From contig JAPLKZ010000010.1 in NCBI GenBank assembly GCA_026387835.1, positions 1-32,000 on the forward strand: 32,000 nucleotides of DNA, given 5' to 3'. Positions 8,849-19,108 of the stretch are shown here, in pieces. Below the pieces are notes generated by a model. It was not told the DNA's origin. It saw only the letters and a program-made list of their open reading frames with translations, and ran no database searches. This DNA comes from Candidatus Saganbacteria bacterium (GTDB lineage: Bacteria > Margulisbacteria > WOR-1 > JAKLHX01). Both the position numbers and the translations under genes were made by a program. Every line of letters starts with the position of its first letter. The first letter of the stretch is position 1.

Positions 8849-9397
8849 TTATGCCGCCGCCTTTGCAGCCGCTTTTCCGGCCTTTCTTCTGACATACTGG
8901 CCGGCATATTTTATGCCCTTTCCTTTATATGGCTCGACAGGCCGTATCTTCTTTATATCCGCGGCGATCTGACCTACCATGTGCTTGTCAATGCCTATGA
9001 CCCTGACCTTTGTCTGTCCTTCGACCAAAAACTCTATGCCGTGAGGAGGGTCCACTGTCACCGGATGGGAATAACCCATCGACAGGACAAGTTTTTTTCC
9101 TTCTTTAGCCGCACGGTACCCGACTCCGCTTATCTCGAGGTCTTTTATGAAACCGTCCGTCACGCCGCGGACCATATTAGCGATAAGCGACCGGTACAGC
9201 CCGTGCATCGATTTGATCCTTTTCTCTTCCGAAGACCTTGAAAGCGTGAGTGTCTGGCCTTCGGACTTTATGGTAATGCTTTTATCCATGGTCAGTGTCG
9301 TTGTACCTTTGGGACCTTTTACCGTCACATCCCGGTCCGCCTGAGTGACGGTCACTCCTGCCGGTATATTGATGATCGCTTTTCCTATCCTTGACAT
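8849..9397 (-). CDS. rplF: 50S ribosomal protein uL6
   Basis: 182 aa. [17 protein letters not shown]...VKGPKGT...GVGYRA...PYKGKGIKY. Confidence 0.95.
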   Translation of the reverse strand: MSRIGKAIINIPAGVTVTQADRDVTVKGPKGTTTLTMDKSITIKSEGQTLTLSRSSEEKRIKSMHGLYRSLIANMVRGVTDGFIKDLEISGVGYRAAKEGKKLVLSMGYSHPVTVDPPHGIEFLVEGQTKVRVIGIDKHMVGQIAADIKKIRPVEPYKGKGIKYAGQYVRRKAGKAAAKAAA

Positions 9398-9409
9398 TGT
9401 TTTACCCCT

Positions 9410-9808
9410 TTACCATACGAAACAGAGAACTTCTCCGCCGATCCTTTTTTCCCTGGCTCCCCTGTCAGCCATCAATCCCGACGAGGTCGATAATATGGCC
9501 GACCCGAAGCCTCCGCGCACTCTTGGCAGTTTTGAAAAAGGAACATATATATGCCTGCCGGGAGTGCTGATCCTTTTCATCCCGCTGATCATGTTTTTTT
9601 TCTGCTTTCCGTATTTTAAATACACGGTCAGGACTTTAAAGTTCTTTTTTGTGGAAACATCTAAGTTCGATATAAAACCTTCGGACTTCAGGATGCGCGC
9701 TATCTCTTCTTTTATTTTGGAAGAAGGCATTTCCACGCTCCCTGCCCCGGTCCTTATCGCGTTCTTTATCCTTGATATCATATCGGCGATCGGATCTGTC
9801 AAGACCAT
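9410..9808 (-). CDS. rpsH: 30S ribosomal protein uS8
   Basis: 132 aa. DPIADMISRIKNAIR...ILKSEGFI...GGEVLCFVW. Confidence 0.95.
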   Translation of the reverse strand: MVLTDPIADMISRIKNAIRTGAGSVEMPSSKIKEEIARILKSEGFISNLDVSTKKNFKVLTVYLKYGKQKKNMISGMKRISTPGRHIYVPFSKLPRVRGGFGSAILSTSSGLMADRGAREKRIGGEVLCFVW

Positions 9809-9821
9809 CTTTTTCTCCTTG

Positions 9822-10007
9822 TCACCAGCTGGATTTTGTTACGCCCGGAAGCACGCCCTGATGGGCGAGCGTCCTGAAGCATATCCTGCAGAGCCCGAAC
9901 TTTTTATAGAAAGCCCGCGGCCTGCCGCACTGCTTGCACCGCGACCTTCTCCTGGTGGAAAATTTTACTTTTTTCTTTGTCTTTGCGATCCATGAAGTCT
10001 TTCCCAT
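9822..10007 (-). CDS. rpsN: 30S ribosomal protein uS14, short zinc-binding (type Z) form
   Basis: The ATG at 10005..10007 gives the 61-aa [61 protein letters not shown], with CxxC...CxxC. The 103-aa ORF-track version extends into rplE and is rejected. Confidence 0.93.
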   Translation of the reverse strand: MGKTSWIAKTKKKVKFSTRRRSRCKQCGRPRAFYKKFGLCRICFRTLAHQGVLPGVTKSSW

Positions 10008-10017
10008 TGTTACTCCT

Positions 10018-10563
10018 TTAAGCTGCCCTGTAAGGAACTCCGAAATATTTAAGCAGGGACCTTGCCTCATCGTCGGTCTTTGCCGAAGTGCAGATCGTGA
10101 TGTCCATCCCCCTTGTCTTGTCGACCTTGTCATAATCGATCTCGGGAAATATCAGCTGCTCCGTTATCCCTAAAGTGTAATTTCCCTTCCCGTCGAACGA
10201 CTTTGGCGGCACACCTTTAAAATCCCGTATCCTCGGAAGGCTTAAGTTTATAAGCTTGTCTAGGAACTGGTACATCCTGCTGCCGCGAAGCGTCACTTTG
10301 CAACCTACCGGCTGCTTTGCGCGGACCTTGAAAACGGCGATGGATTTCTTTGCTTTTGTTATGAGCGGCTTCTGCCCTGTTATCTGCGCGAGCTCGTTCG
10401 ACGCAATGTCAAGAGCCTTCGGGTTCTGAACGGCTTCTCCCACGCCCCTGTTCACAACGACTTTTACTACCCTTGGTATTTCATGGTCGTTCTTGTAGTT
10501 GAACTCCTTTTTCATCGCTGCTTTTATTTCTTTTTCGTATTTTATCTTCAGTGTCTTTGCCAT
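10018..10563 (-). CDS. rplE: 50S ribosomal protein uL5
   Basis: 181 aa. [15 protein letters not shown]...[19 protein letters not shown]...LPRIRDF.G......[18 protein letters not shown]. Confidence 0.95.
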   Translation of the reverse strand: MAKTLKIKYEKEIKAAMKKEFNYKNDHEIPRVVKVVVNRGVGEAVQNPKALDIASNELAQITGQKPLITKAKKSIAVFKVRAKQPVGCKVTLRGSRMYQFLDKLINLSLPRIRDFKGVPPKSFDGKGNYTLGITEQLIFPEIDYDKVDKTRGMDITICTSAKTDDEARSLLKYFGVPYRAA

Positions 10564-10565
10564 TT

Positions 10566-10874
10566 TTATTTGCCTTTATCTATTATCTGCCCGCATCTCC
10601 TGCAGGACCTGAAAGAATCTTTTTTCCCCAGTCTGGACGGCTTGCCGCAATGCGGGCATACTACCATCAGTTTTGACAGGGATACGGGCATCAGTTTGTC
10701 TATTATCCCGCCGGGAAAAGTCCTTGACGGTTTTTGGTGTTTTTTTGCGACGTTTACCTTTTCCACCAACGCGCTGTCCTTTTTTGGAAGGACTTTTAAC
10801 ACCTTTGACCTTTTGCCCTTGTCTTTTCCGCTTAGCACCAGCACTGTATCGTCTTTTTTTATTCTTGGTTGCAT
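10566..10874 (-). CDS. rplX: 50S ribosomal protein uL24 with C-terminal Cys4 zinc-ribbon tail
   Basis: 102 aa. KOW motif [21 protein letters not shown]. The C-terminus is [23 protein letters not shown]. Confidence 0.93.
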   Translation of the reverse strand: MQPRIKKDDTVLVLSGKDKGKRSKVLKVLPKKDSALVEKVNVAKKHQKPSRTFPGGIIDKLMPVSLSKLMVVCPHCGKPSRLGKKDSFRSCRRCGQIIDKGK

Positions 10875-11242
10875 TATACTACCTCTGTCGCGAGCGAGAT
10901 TATCTTCATATAGTTCCTGTCCCTGAGCTCTCTTGCCACAGGCCCGAAAACCCTTGTCCCTACAGGGTTGCCCTGGTCGTTTATTATCACGACCGCGTTA
11001 TCGTCGAACCTGACATAAGATCCGTCCGGCCTTCTGATGGATTTTGTTATCCGGACTACCACCGCCTTGACGATCGCGCTTTTCTTCACGGTCATGTTCG
11101 GGACCGCATCTTTTACGACCCCGATTATCACGTCGCCGATACTCGCGTACCTCCTGTAGGATGAGCCCAGGATCCTTATGCACAGCACTTCTCTTGCCCC
11201 GGAATTGTCCGCGACAGTCAGTCTAGTTTGTACTTGTATCAT
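10874..11242 (-). CDS. rplN: 50S ribosomal protein uL14
   Basis: 122 aa. [26 protein letters not shown]... is the canonical L14. Confidence 0.96.
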   Translation of the reverse strand: MIQVQTRLTVADNSGAREVLCIRILGSSYRRYASIGDVIIGVVKDAVPNMTVKKSAIVKAVVVRITKSIRRPDGSYVRFDDNAVVIINDQGNPVGTRVFGPVARELRDRNYMKIISLATEVV

Positions 11243-11495
11243 GCCCTTTTCCCGTTCTTTCCTGCTCGATCACTGTTTCCACGCGCCATCTTTTTGTCTT
11301 TGAAAGCGGCCTGGTCTCGGTTATCGACACTTTATCCCCGACATTACATTTGTTTTCTTCGTCGTGGCAGACGAACCTGCTTGTCTTTGACACGACCTTC
11401 TGGTAAAGCGGGTGCTTGAACCTTTGTTCCACTCCCACTATCACGGTCTTGTCCATCTTGTTCTTAAGGACGAAACCTTCTTTTAATTTCCGCAT
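11223..11495 (-). CDS. rpsQ: 30S ribosomal protein uS17
   Basis: [63 protein letters not shown] prefer the ATG at 11493..11495 (GGAG and AGGA upstream) over the TTG at 11510. The 3' end overlaps rplN by 20 nt. Confidence 0.9.
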   Translation of the reverse strand: MRKLKEGFVLKNKMDKTVIVGVEQRFKHPLYQKVVSKTSRFVCHDEENKCNVGDKVSITETRPLSKTKRWRVETVIEQERTGKGHDTSTN

Positions 11496-11499
11496 ATTC

Positions 11500-11694
11500 C
11501 TATTCTCCAATTTCTTTCTCCTTCATGATCGTCAGCATCCTCGCGATGTCCTTCCTTATTTCTTTTTTCTTAAGCGGGTTCTTGAGCTGTCCGACGGAAG
11601 CCGTGAACCGCACCTTAAGAAGCTCCGTCCTCAGGTCTTTCAACTTGAGCGCCAGCTCTTCGGCCTTCATCTCTCTTATTTTTTTTGGTTCCAT
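11500..11694 (-). CDS. rpmC: 50S ribosomal protein uL29
   Basis: [51 protein letters not shown] prefer the ATG at 11692..11694. The ORF-track start at 11700 is a GTG overlapping the rplP stop. Confidence 0.9.
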   Translation of the reverse strand: MEPKKIREMKAEELALKLKDLRTELLKVRFTASVGQLKNPLKKKEIRKDIARMLTIMKEKEIGE

Positions 11695-11696
11695 TA

Positions 11697-12107
11697 TCAC
11701 ACCTTTTCTACGAATCTTGTCTTTATCGGCATCTTGTGGGCCGCAAGGCGCATCGCCTCGATCCCGTCCGCTCTTTTCACGCCCGCCAGCTCAAACAGTA
11801 TCGTACCAGGCCTTACGCACGCGACAAAATATTCGGGAGCGCCTTTTCCTCCGCCCATCCTGGTTTCGGCCGGTCTGGAGCTGTAAGGTTTGTCCGCGAG
11901 CACCCTGATCCATACCTTGCCGCCCCTTTTAATAAAATGTGTCAGCGCTTTTCTTGCCGATTCGAGCTGTTTTACCTTGAGCCATGCCTTTTCCATCGCC
12001 TGGAGCCCGTAGCTCCCGAATGCGAGCGTGTTACCGCTTGAAGCGGTCCCTTTCATTACCCCTCTTTGCTGCTTTCTGAATTTTGTCCTGCCCGGTTGCA
12101 GTACCAT
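11697..12107 (-). CDS. rplP: 50S ribosomal protein uL16
   Basis: 136 aa. MVLQPGRTKFRKQQRG...RMGGGKG.PEY. Confidence 0.95.
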   Translation of the reverse strand: MVLQPGRTKFRKQQRGVMKGTASSGNTLAFGSYGLQAMEKAWLKVKQLESARKALTHFIKRGGKVWIRVLADKPYSSRPAETRMGGGKGAPEYFVACVRPGTILFELAGVKRADGIEAMRLAAHKMPIKTRFVEKV

Positions 12108-12117
12108 TTTTTTTACC

Positions 12118-12807
12118 TCACAACGTCATCTGGGAAACGACCTGTTCCTGCTGTACCGCCACAGGTTTTTGCTCCTGCACTTTTAAGACATCGCCTTTAT
12201 AGATCCACACTTTTACGCCGATCTTACCGTAAAGCGTCATTGCCTCCGCGAAACCGTAATCGATCTTTGCTCTCAGCTTGTGCAGGGGCACCTGGCCTCT
12301 CCGGTACCATTCCGACCTGGCGATCTCCGCTCCTCCGAGCCTTCCGCCCACCATTACTTTTATGCCTTTTGCGCCGGAACGGAGAGCTTTCATCACCGAC
12401 TGCCTCATCACTCTCCTGAAAGCGATCCTTTTTTCGAGCTGCAGTACGATGTTTTCAGCCACCAGCTGGGAATCCGTCTCCGGATTAGATACTTCCTGTA
12501 CATCAACCTGCGCCTGTTTCTTTGTCATCGCGACTATTTCGTCCCTTATGAACGCTATATCGCGCCCGCCTTTACCGATTATGAGGCCCGGCCTTGCCGT
12601 GAACAGGATTATTTCGATCTGATTGGCCCTTCTTGATATCCTGATCTTCGAAATGCCTGCTTTGTACAGCTTTCTTTTCAGGAATTTCCTGATCATCATG
12701 TCTTCATCGACATTATTAGAATAATTCTGCCCTTCGGCATACCAGCTGCTGTCCCAGTCCTCGTTTATGCCCAGGCGCAGACCTCTCGGATGTATCTTTT
12801 GTCCCAT
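12118..12807 (-). CDS. rpsC: 30S ribosomal protein uS3
   Basis: The canonical N-terminus [24 protein letters not shown] begins at ATG 12805..12807, with a TAATG 1-nt overlap with the rplV stop. The ORF-track start at 12840 lies inside rplV. The KH domain and [10 protein letters not shown] motif are present. Confidence 0.93.
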   Translation of the reverse strand: MGQKIHPRGLRLGINEDWDSSWYAEGQNYSNNVDEDMMIRKFLKRKLYKAGISKIRISRRANQIEIILFTARPGLIIGKGGRDIAFIRDEIVAMTKKQAQVDVQEVSNPETDSQLVAENIVLQLEKRIAFRRVMRQSVMKALRSGAKGIKVMVGGRLGGAEIARSEWYRRGQVPLHKLRAKIDYGFAEAMTLYGKIGVKVWIYKGDVLKVQEQKPVAVQQEQVVSQMTL

Positions 12808-13139
12808 TATTTTGCCTCCACGATCATCGTTATATGGCATGCTCTTTTAAGGATATGGTGGGCCCTGCCTCTCGAAGCCGCCCTGAACCTTTTCATTGGT
12901 GTCGAGGGCCCAGCATAGCACTCAGCCAGCTTTAGAGATTCCTTGTCCGTTTTATAATTATGTTTTGCGTTCGCGACAGCGCTCTTCAGCGTTTCATAAG
13001 CGTACTTCGCCCCGGAATGGGGAAGGAATTTCAGGATCGTCAATGCATCCTGCACGCTTTTTCCCCTGATAAGAGAAAGGACCCTGTTCACTTTCCTCTG
13101 TGAGACCCGCAAATATTTTGATACTGCTTTTACTTTCAT
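12807..13139 (-). CDS. rplV: 50S ribosomal protein uL22
   Basis: 110 aa. [28 protein letters not shown]...[24 protein letters not shown]. Confidence 0.95.
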   Translation of the reverse strand: MKVKAVSKYLRVSQRKVNRVLSLIRGKSVQDALTILKFLPHSGAKYAYETLKSAVANAKHNYKTDKESLKLAECYAGPSTPMKRFRAASRGRAHHILKRACHITMIVEAK

Positions 13140-13152
13140 AATTTCCTTAATT

Positions 13153-13437
13153 TTATGTCAGTGCCGCGGCTTTATCCGTCGGGACACTATGGCCTTTAAA
13201 ATGCCTGGTGGGAGAGAACTCTCCGAGCTTGTGCCCGACCATATTCTCGGTTATATAGACAGGAATATGCTTCATGCCGTTATGCACGGCGATCGTGAAC
13301 CCGACCATCTCCGGGATGATAGTCGACCTTCTTGACCAGGTCTTAATGATCTTCTTGTCATTTGCCTGCATCGCGGCGATTATTTTATCCAGCAGATGCT
13401 TGTCTATGAACGGTCCTTTTCTCAGAGATCTGGCCAT
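13153..13437 (-). CDS. rpsS: 30S ribosomal protein uS19
   Basis: 94 aa. [13 protein letters not shown].......[48 protein letters not shown]. Confidence 0.96.
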   Translation of the reverse strand: MARSLRKGPFIDKHLLDKIIAAMQANDKKIIKTWSRRSTIIPEMVGFTIAVHNGMKHIPVYITENMVGHKLGEFSPTRHFKGHSVPTDKAAALT

Positions 13438-13440
13438 GAT

Positions 13441-14271
13441 TTATTTTTTCCTCCTGGTTAGTATGAACCTGTCTGACAGTTTTCTCTTGTGCCGCGTCTT
13501 ATAACCGAGCGTCGGCTTGCCCCAGGGCGTAAGCGGCCCCGGATGGCCGATAGGCGATCTGCCCTCGCCTCCTCCGTGAGGATGGTCGCACGGGTTCATT
13601 GCTATACCCCTGACTGACGGCCTGATGCCGAGATGCCTTCTTCGTCCGGCTTTTCCGTACGAAATGTTCTTAGCGTCAAGGTTGCCCACCTGCCCGATGC
13701 ATGCCCTGCAGTTTATATCTATCAGCCTTTCCTCTCCCGAAGGAAGCCTCACGGTCGCAAATCTTCCTTCTTTCGCGTTAAGGACTGCCGAGCCGCCCGC
13801 AGATCTTGCTATCTGTCCGCCTTTTCCCCTGGTAAGCTCTACGTTATAGATCGTCGTTCCTACGGGGATGTTCTTAAGCGGCATATTATTACCGGCTTTT
13901 ATGTCCGAGTCCTGACCGGACATTATTGTGTCGCCTACTTTTATCCCCAGCGGCGCGATAATGTATCTTCTTTCCTTATCTTCGTATTCGATAAGGCATA
14001 TCCTCGCGTTCCTGTTAGGGTCATATTCTATACTGAGTATCTTTGCCGGCATGTCGTCCTTGTCCCTTTTAAAATCCACTATCCTGTATTTTATTTTATT
14101 TCCGCCGCCTTTATGCCTGACCGAGACCCTTCCCGAAGAATCACGTCCGGCATTTCCCTTTAACGGCAGAAGAAGCGATCTTTCCGGCTTAGACGTCGTG
14201 ATATCATCCAGCACAAGGTCGATCCTTGTCCTGGTGCCCGGGGTCCTCGGCCTGAACTGTTTTAGTGCCAT
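13441..14271 (-). CDS. rplB: 50S ribosomal protein uL2
   Basis: 276 aa. [18 protein letters not shown]...[48 protein letters not shown]. Confidence 0.97.
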   Translation of the reverse strand: MALKQFRPRTPGTRTRIDLVLDDITTSKPERSLLLPLKGNAGRDSSGRVSVRHKGGGNKIKYRIVDFKRDKDDMPAKILSIEYDPNRNARICLIEYEDKERRYIIAPLGIKVGDTIMSGQDSDIKAGNNMPLKNIPVGTTIYNVELTRGKGGQIARSAGGSAVLNAKEGRFATVRLPSGEERLIDINCRACIGQVGNLDAKNISYGKAGRRRHLGIRPSVRGIAMNPCDHPHGGGEGRSPIGHPGPLTPWGKPTLGYKTRHKRKLSDRFILTRRKK

Positions 14272-14273
14272 CG

Positions 14274-14564
14274 CTATAACATCCCTTCGATCAACTCTAT
14301 TCTTTGCCCGGCTTTAAGCTTTACATAAGCCTTTTTCCAGCTGCTGGTCCTGCCTGCATGCTTGCCCATACTTCTGGGCTTGCCTTTCAATTTTACCGTG
14401 TTCACATCGAGCACTTTTACGCTGAACATCATTTCGACAGCTCTTCTGATATCTATTTTTGTCGCATCGGCCCTTACCACAAAAACATATATGTCATCTT
14501 TTTTGAGCAATGTCGCCTTTTCGGTTATCAGCGGCCTTATTATTATCTGTTCATTCTCTTTCAT
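14274..14564 (-). CDS. rplW: 50S ribosomal protein uL23
   Basis: [15 protein letters not shown]...[32 protein letters not shown] prefer the ATG at 14562..14564, which forms an ATGA overlap with the rplD stop. The ORF-track start at 14624 is inside rplD. Confidence 0.9.
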   Translation of the reverse strand: MKENEQIIIRPLITEKATLLKKDDIYVFVVRADATKIDIRRAVEMMFSVKVLDVNTVKLKGKPRSMGKHAGRTSSWKKAYVKLKAGQRIELIEGML

Positions 14565-15190
14565 TTTTTCTTTGACAGCCTTCCTTCGATATTGGACAGC
14601 GTCAGCCTGTCGAGGACAAGCCACTCATAATCCAATATATCAAATATTCTCATGCTGTTGCTGGACGCGAGCTTGATCTTTTCAAGATTTGCCGCGGCCC
14701 TTTTCTCGTTCGTTCCCGCGCCGTCGAGGAGGATCAGGGCATTCGTCACTCCCAGGCCGTTCAATAAAGCTTTCATCTCTTTTGTCTTCGGGTTCTTCAG
14801 CTCTATTTTTTCCACGATCTTGAGCTTTCCCGAAGCTACTTTATCGGAAATGGCCATTCTCAATGCGAGAGATCTTACCTTTTTGGGCAGCGAAGTAGAA
14901 TGGTCCCTCGGCTTTGGCCCGAATAGTACGCCGCCGCCTCTCCATAGAGGTGATCTAATGGTACCCGCTCTCGCGCGGCCGGTCCCTTTTTGCTTCCATG
15001 GTTTTTTTCCTCCGCCCCTGACCTCTGCTCTTGTCTTTGCGCTGGCATTCCCGTGCCTCATCGAAGCAAGCTGCCATTTGACGGCCGAATGGACCACCGA
15101 GTCCTTTACAGGGATACCAAAGACATAATCCATTGCGTCCACGGTCCCCGCCTTTTTACCTATCAGATCAAATACCGGTATATTTACCAT
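14561..15190 (-). CDS. rplD: 50S ribosomal protein uL4
   Basis: 209 aa. [39 protein letters not shown]. Confidence 0.95.
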   Translation of the reverse strand: MVNIPVFDLIGKKAGTVDAMDYVFGIPVKDSVVHSAVKWQLASMRHGNASAKTRAEVRGGGKKPWKQKGTGRARAGTIRSPLWRGGGVLFGPKPRDHSTSLPKKVRSLALRMAISDKVASGKLKIVEKIELKNPKTKEMKALLNGLGVTNALILLDGAGTNEKRAAANLEKIKLASSNSMRIFDILDYEWLVLDRLTLSNIEGRLSKKK

Positions 15191-15191
15191 C

Positions 15192-15800
15192 TTATGAAAC
15201 CTTTCTTATCAAAAGTAGTCCGCCTTCTACACCCGGAACAGCGCCTTTAATGTAGATCGAGTTGGTTTCCGGTTCAATTTTTACTATTTTGAGATTCTTT
15301 ACGGTCACATATTCTCCCCCGAGGCGGCCCGCCATCCTTTTTCCTTTATATACTCTGCCCGGCGTCGTGCCGGCGCCTATCGATCCGGGTATCCTGTGGG
15401 ACTTCGAACCGTGGGACATCGGGCTCCTTCTGAAATGATGCCTTTTTACCGTGCCCGCAAAACCCTTACCTATCGAAGTCCCTCTGACCGACACAAGCTC
15501 GCCTTCACTAAAGATATCCGCTTTTATCTGCTGCCCTGCCTTTAATCCGTCTTTTTTGTCGGCTTTGAATTCGTGAAAATGTTTAAGGCTTTCTTCTATT
15601 CCTGCTTTTTTCAGCTGGCCCAAAACCGGTTTTGTCGCCTTTTTGATCTTTTCGAATCCGACCTTAACGGCAGAGGTGTCCTCGTTAATCGAGACAACAT
15701 AACAGGGACCCGCTTCAACAACGGTTACCGGGACTACAAGCCCTGTTTTGTCAAATATCTGGGTCATCCCTATTTTTTTGCCGAGCATACCGTTCATCAT
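15192..15800 (-). CDS. rplC: 50S ribosomal protein uL3
   Basis: 202 aa. GMLGKKIGMTQIFDKTG..VPVTV.EAGPC...GKGFAG..KRH.F....SHGS.SHR.PGSIG. AAGGAG lies 9 nt upstream of the first of two ATGs. The start could be 3 nt shorter. Confidence 0.94.
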   Translation of the reverse strand: MMNGMLGKKIGMTQIFDKTGLVVPVTVVEAGPCYVVSINEDTSAVKVGFEKIKKATKPVLGQLKKAGIEESLKHFHEFKADKKDGLKAGQQIKADIFSEGELVSVRGTSIGKGFAGTVKRHHFRRSPMSHGSKSHRIPGSIGAGTTPGRVYKGKRMAGRLGGEYVTVKNLKIVKIEPETNSIYIKGAVPGVEGGLLLIRKVS

Positions 15801-15824
15801 CTTAAAAGACTCCTTACTTCTTTC

Positions 15825-16136
15825 TTATGACAGCTTGATCTCTATGTCCACACCCGACGGAAGGTCTATCTGCATAAGCGCATCGACCGTCTGTGGAGCG
15901 GGATCGAGTATATCTATAAGCCTTTTATGCGTCCTGATCTCGAAATGTTCCCTTGATTTCTTGTCGACATGCGGGGAACGCAGGACGCAGTAGACCTCTT
16001 TATCCGTCGGCAGCGGGATCGGACCGGACACTGCCGCACCCGCCCTTTTTGCCGTGTCTATTATCTTCTCCGCGGACTGGTCGACGACCCTGTGATCGTA
16101 TCCTTTCAGCCTGATCCTTATTTTCTGTCTTTTCAT
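15825..16136 (-). CDS. rpsJ: 30S ribosomal protein uS10
   Basis: 103 aa. [40 protein letters not shown]...[24 protein letters not shown]. Confidence 0.96.
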   Translation of the reverse strand: MKRQKIRIRLKGYDHRVVDQSAEKIIDTAKRAGAAVSGPIPLPTDKEVYCVLRSPHVDKKSREHFEIRTHKRLIDILDPAPQTVDALMQIDLPSGVDIEIKLS

Positions 16137-16143
16137 GTTTTGT

Positions 16144-18222
16144 TTAAGCCTTCCCCGAGTTCTTTAGAATTATCGATTCGGAAATATTTTTCGGCACTTC
16201 CTCGTATGAATTGAACTCCATAGTGAAAGAAGCTCTTCCCTGAGAGCATGATCTGAGCGACGTGGAATACCCGAACATCTCGGAAAGAGGCACTTTTGTC
16301 TTGATCGTCTGCATGCTTTTATAAGCTTCCATCCCTTCGATCCTCGCCCTTCTGCTGCTGAGGTCTCCCATCACATCCCCGAGGTATTGCTCCGGCGTCA
16401 CGGCTTCGACTTTCATTATCGGCTCGAGCAATACCGGCTTCGCCTTTACAAATGCCGCTTTGAAACACATGGAAGCCGCTATCTTGAAAGCTATTTCCGA
16501 AGAATCCACCTCGTGATAAGAACCGTCAAACACGGTGACCTTCACGTTGATGACCGGATATCCCGCTATCACGCCTGTGGTCATAGCTTCTTTCACGCCG
16601 TCTTCGATCGCGGGTATATATTCCCGTGGTATCGCGCCGCCTACGACTTTATTCTCGAACTCAAAAGTCTTGTTTTTTGTCGGCTCGATCTTCAGCCAGA
16701 CATGGCCGTACTGCCCGCGGCCTCCGGTCTGCCTGATAAATTTCCCTTCGGCTTCTGAATGGCCTTTTATCGTCTCCTTGTAGGCTACCTGCGGCTTGCC
16801 GACATTGGCATCTACTTTGAATTCCCTGAAAAGCCTGTCGACTATTATTTCCAGATGCAGCTCTCCCATCCCTTCAATGATCGTCTGTCCGGAGTCCTGG
16901 TCCGTGTGCACGCGGAACGTCGGATCTTCCTCTGCCAATTTCTGGAGAGAGATCCCGAGTTTTTCCTGGTCGGCTTTTGTCTTCGGCTCGATCGCCACCG
17001 ATATGACCGGCTCCGGAAAGATTATTGACTCCAGTATCACCGGCGACTTTTCGTCGCACAGAGTGTCTCCCGTTGTAGTGTTCTTTAATCCAACCGCACC
17101 CGCGATATCTCCGGCATGCACTTCATCTATCTCTTCCCTTTTATTCGCGTGCATCTGCAGGAGCCTTCCTATCCTCTCTTTATGGCCTTTTGTCGAATTA
17201 AGCACGTACGAACCGTTATTCAGGACACCCGAATATACCCTGAAGAACGTTAATCTTCCCACAAAAGGATCGCTCATTATCTTGAACGCAAGCGCGGAAA
17301 AAGGCGCCGAATCGGACGCGCTTCTTATCAGCTCATCTCCGCTGTCCGGATCTATACCTTTTACGGCCCTCACTTCCAGAGGCGAAGGCAGATATTCGAT
17401 GACCGCGTCAATGAGCGGCTGGACGCCTTTGTTCTTAAAGGCCGTGCCGCATGTCACGGGCACTATACGCCCCGCTATCGTCGCGGCCCTCAGGCCTTTT
17501 TTTATCTCTTCGACTGTGAGCTTGTGGCCGTCCAGATACTTGATCATCAGGCTGTCGTCTGATTCCGCCGCCGCTTCGACGACCTTTTCGTGGTATCTAT
17601 AAGCTTTTGACTTCAATTCATCTGGTATCGCCTGTTCGGTGAATTTTTCACCTGTCTCTTCATCATACATGTATGCTTTCATCTCGACCAGATCTATGAC
17701 GCCTTTAAAATTTTCTTCGGCACCTACCGGCAGCTGTATCGGTACCGGGTGAGCATGAAGTCTTTCAGCCATCATCTTCACCGCTCTTTTAAAATCCGCT
17801 CCTACCCTGTCCATTTTATTTATGAACGCGATACGCGGCACGTGGTGCTTGACCGCCTGCCTCCAGACCGTCTCGCTCTGCGGCTGCACTCCCCCGACCG
17901 CGCAGAAGACAGCCACAACGCCGTCAAGGACGCGCAACGATCGCTCAACCTCGACAGTGAAGTCGACATGTCCCGGAGTATCGATGATGTTTATCCTGGT
18001 ATTCTTCCAGAAACACGTCGTGCATGCCGAAGTTATCGTTATTCCTCTTTCTTTTTCCTGCTCCATCCAGTCCATTGTCGCCGTCCCTTCATGCACTTCG
18101 CCGATCTTGTACAGTTTTCCCGTGTAATACAGTATCCTTTCGGTCAATGTGGTCTTGCCCGCATCTATGTGCGCCACGATCCCTATGTTCCTTGTGCGTT
18201 CAAGGCTGTAATCTCTTGCCAT
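16144..18222 (-). CDS. fusA: Elongation factor G
   Basis: 692 aa. [25 protein letters not shown]...[17 protein letters not shown]...DTPGHVDFT. Full five-domain length. Confidence 0.97.
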   Translation of the reverse strand: MARDYSLERTRNIGIVAHIDAGKTTLTERILYYTGKLYKIGEVHEGTATMDWMEQEKERGITITSACTTCFWKNTRINIIDTPGHVDFTVEVERSLRVLDGVVAVFCAVGGVQPQSETVWRQAVKHHVPRIAFINKMDRVGADFKRAVKMMAERLHAHPVPIQLPVGAEENFKGVIDLVEMKAYMYDEETGEKFTEQAIPDELKSKAYRYHEKVVEAAAESDDSLMIKYLDGHKLTVEEIKKGLRAATIAGRIVPVTCGTAFKNKGVQPLIDAVIEYLPSPLEVRAVKGIDPDSGDELIRSASDSAPFSALAFKIMSDPFVGRLTFFRVYSGVLNNGSYVLNSTKGHKERIGRLLQMHANKREEIDEVHAGDIAGAVGLKNTTTGDTLCDEKSPVILESIIFPEPVISVAIEPKTKADQEKLGISLQKLAEEDPTFRVHTDQDSGQTIIEGMGELHLEIIVDRLFREFKVDANVGKPQVAYKETIKGHSEAEGKFIRQTGGRGQYGHVWLKIEPTKNKTFEFENKVVGGAIPREYIPAIEDGVKEAMTTGVIAGYPVINVKVTVFDGSYHEVDSSEIAFKIAASMCFKAAFVKAKPVLLEPIMKVEAVTPEQYLGDVMGDLSSRRARIEGMEAYKSMQTIKTKVPLSEMFGYSTSLRSCSQGRASFTMEFNSYEEVPKNISESIILKNSGKA

Positions 18223-18231
18223 TTTATCCCT

Positions 18232-18702
18232 TTACCACCTGAAGTGAGCGAACGCCTTGTTCGCATCCGCGGTCTTATGCAGGTCCTCTTTCTTTTTAAG
18301 CGCCCCGCCTGTATTTGAAAAAGCGTCAAAAAGTTCGGCCGACAGTTTTTCCTGCATCGATCTGCCCTGCCGCGCCATCGCGCCTTCCTTCAGCCATTTC
18401 ATGGCTATTGCCGTTCCTCTTTCTCTTTCAACCTCTATCGGTATCTGGTATGTCGATCCCCCGACTCGCCTTGCCTTCACTTCCATCAGCGGCGTGGCGT
18501 TCCTTATTGCCTGCTCGAACACCTCAAGAGGGCTTTTGCTGCCTTTTTTTGAGATGATGTCCATCGCTTTGTACACTATACCTTCGGCTTTGCTTTTCTT
18601 TCCCATCATCATTATCCTGTTGATGAATTTCTGGACAAGCACGCTGTTGTACTTTGAATCAGGACTTATCTTCCTTTTTACTACCCGTCCCCTTCTTGGC
18701 AT
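18232..18702 (-). CDS. rpsG: 30S ribosomal protein uS7
   Basis: 156 aa. MPRRGRVVKRKISPDSKYNS.LV.KFIN..M..GKKS.AE...EVKARRVGGSTYQIP.EV...R......KW...AFAHFRW. Confidence 0.96.
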   Translation of the reverse strand: MPRRGRVVKRKISPDSKYNSVLVQKFINRIMMMGKKSKAEGIVYKAMDIISKKGSKSPLEVFEQAIRNATPLMEVKARRVGGSTYQIPIEVERERGTAIAMKWLKEGAMARQGRSMQEKLSAELFDAFSNTGGALKKKEDLHKTADANKAFAHFRW

Positions 18703-18718
18703 ATTTGCTCCTTATCCT

Positions 18719-19102
18719 TTATTTGACCTGTTTTTTCGGTTTCTTCGCCCCATACTTTGAGCGGGATTTCATGCGGTTCTCTACTCCCGCCGTATCAAAA
18801 GTTCCTCTGACTATGTGGTATCTTACTCCCGGAAGGTCTTTGACCCTTCCCCCGCGGATAAGGACCACCGAGTGCTCCTGCAGATTATGCCCGACACCCG
18901 GTATGTATGCCGTTACTTCGAGACCGTTGGTGATCCTCACCCTCGCGACTTTTCTCAGCGCTGAGTTCGGCTTTTTGGGAGTTGTCGTGTACACCCTCAA
19001 ACAAACCGCCCTTTTCAAAGGGCAGCCTGCCAGGGCCGGCGCTTTGCTTTTTGTATTTTTTTCATTTCTCCCTTTTCTTATCAACTGTGATATGGTCGGC
19101 AT
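18719..19102 (-). CDS. rpsL: 30S ribosomal protein uS12
   Basis: 127 aa. [12 protein letters not shown]...[58 protein letters not shown]. Its AAGGAG SD is formed by the last codons of rpoC (AAA AAG GAG TAA). Confidence 0.97.
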   Translation of the reverse strand: MPTISQLIRKGRNEKNTKSKAPALAGCPLKRAVCLRVYTTTPKKPNSALRKVARVRITNGLEVTAYIPGVGHNLQEHSVVLIRGGRVKDLPGVRYHIVRGTFDTAGVENRMKSRSKYGAKKPKKQVK

Positions 19103-19108
19103 TTGATC

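Noticed and set aside
9822-10133. N-terminally extended ORF-track versions of rpsN (103 aa), rplR (to 8907), rpsC (to 12840), rplW (to 14624), rplJ (to 27489), rplO (to 7979), rpsQ (to 11510) and rpmG (to 30019).
   Set aside because: The extensions start at TTG or GTG or run deep into the preceding gene, and they add residues absent from the conserved families. Internal ATGs with SD sequences sit 1-4 nt from the upstream stop and reproduce the canonical N-termini.
16144-18222. The possibility that the GTPase next to rpsJ is a fused or mis-called EF-Tu.
   Set aside because: It is a full-length 692-aa EF-G with the [10 protein letters not shown]1 motif and domains II-V. It contains no EF-Tu-specific GHVDHGKTT sequence.
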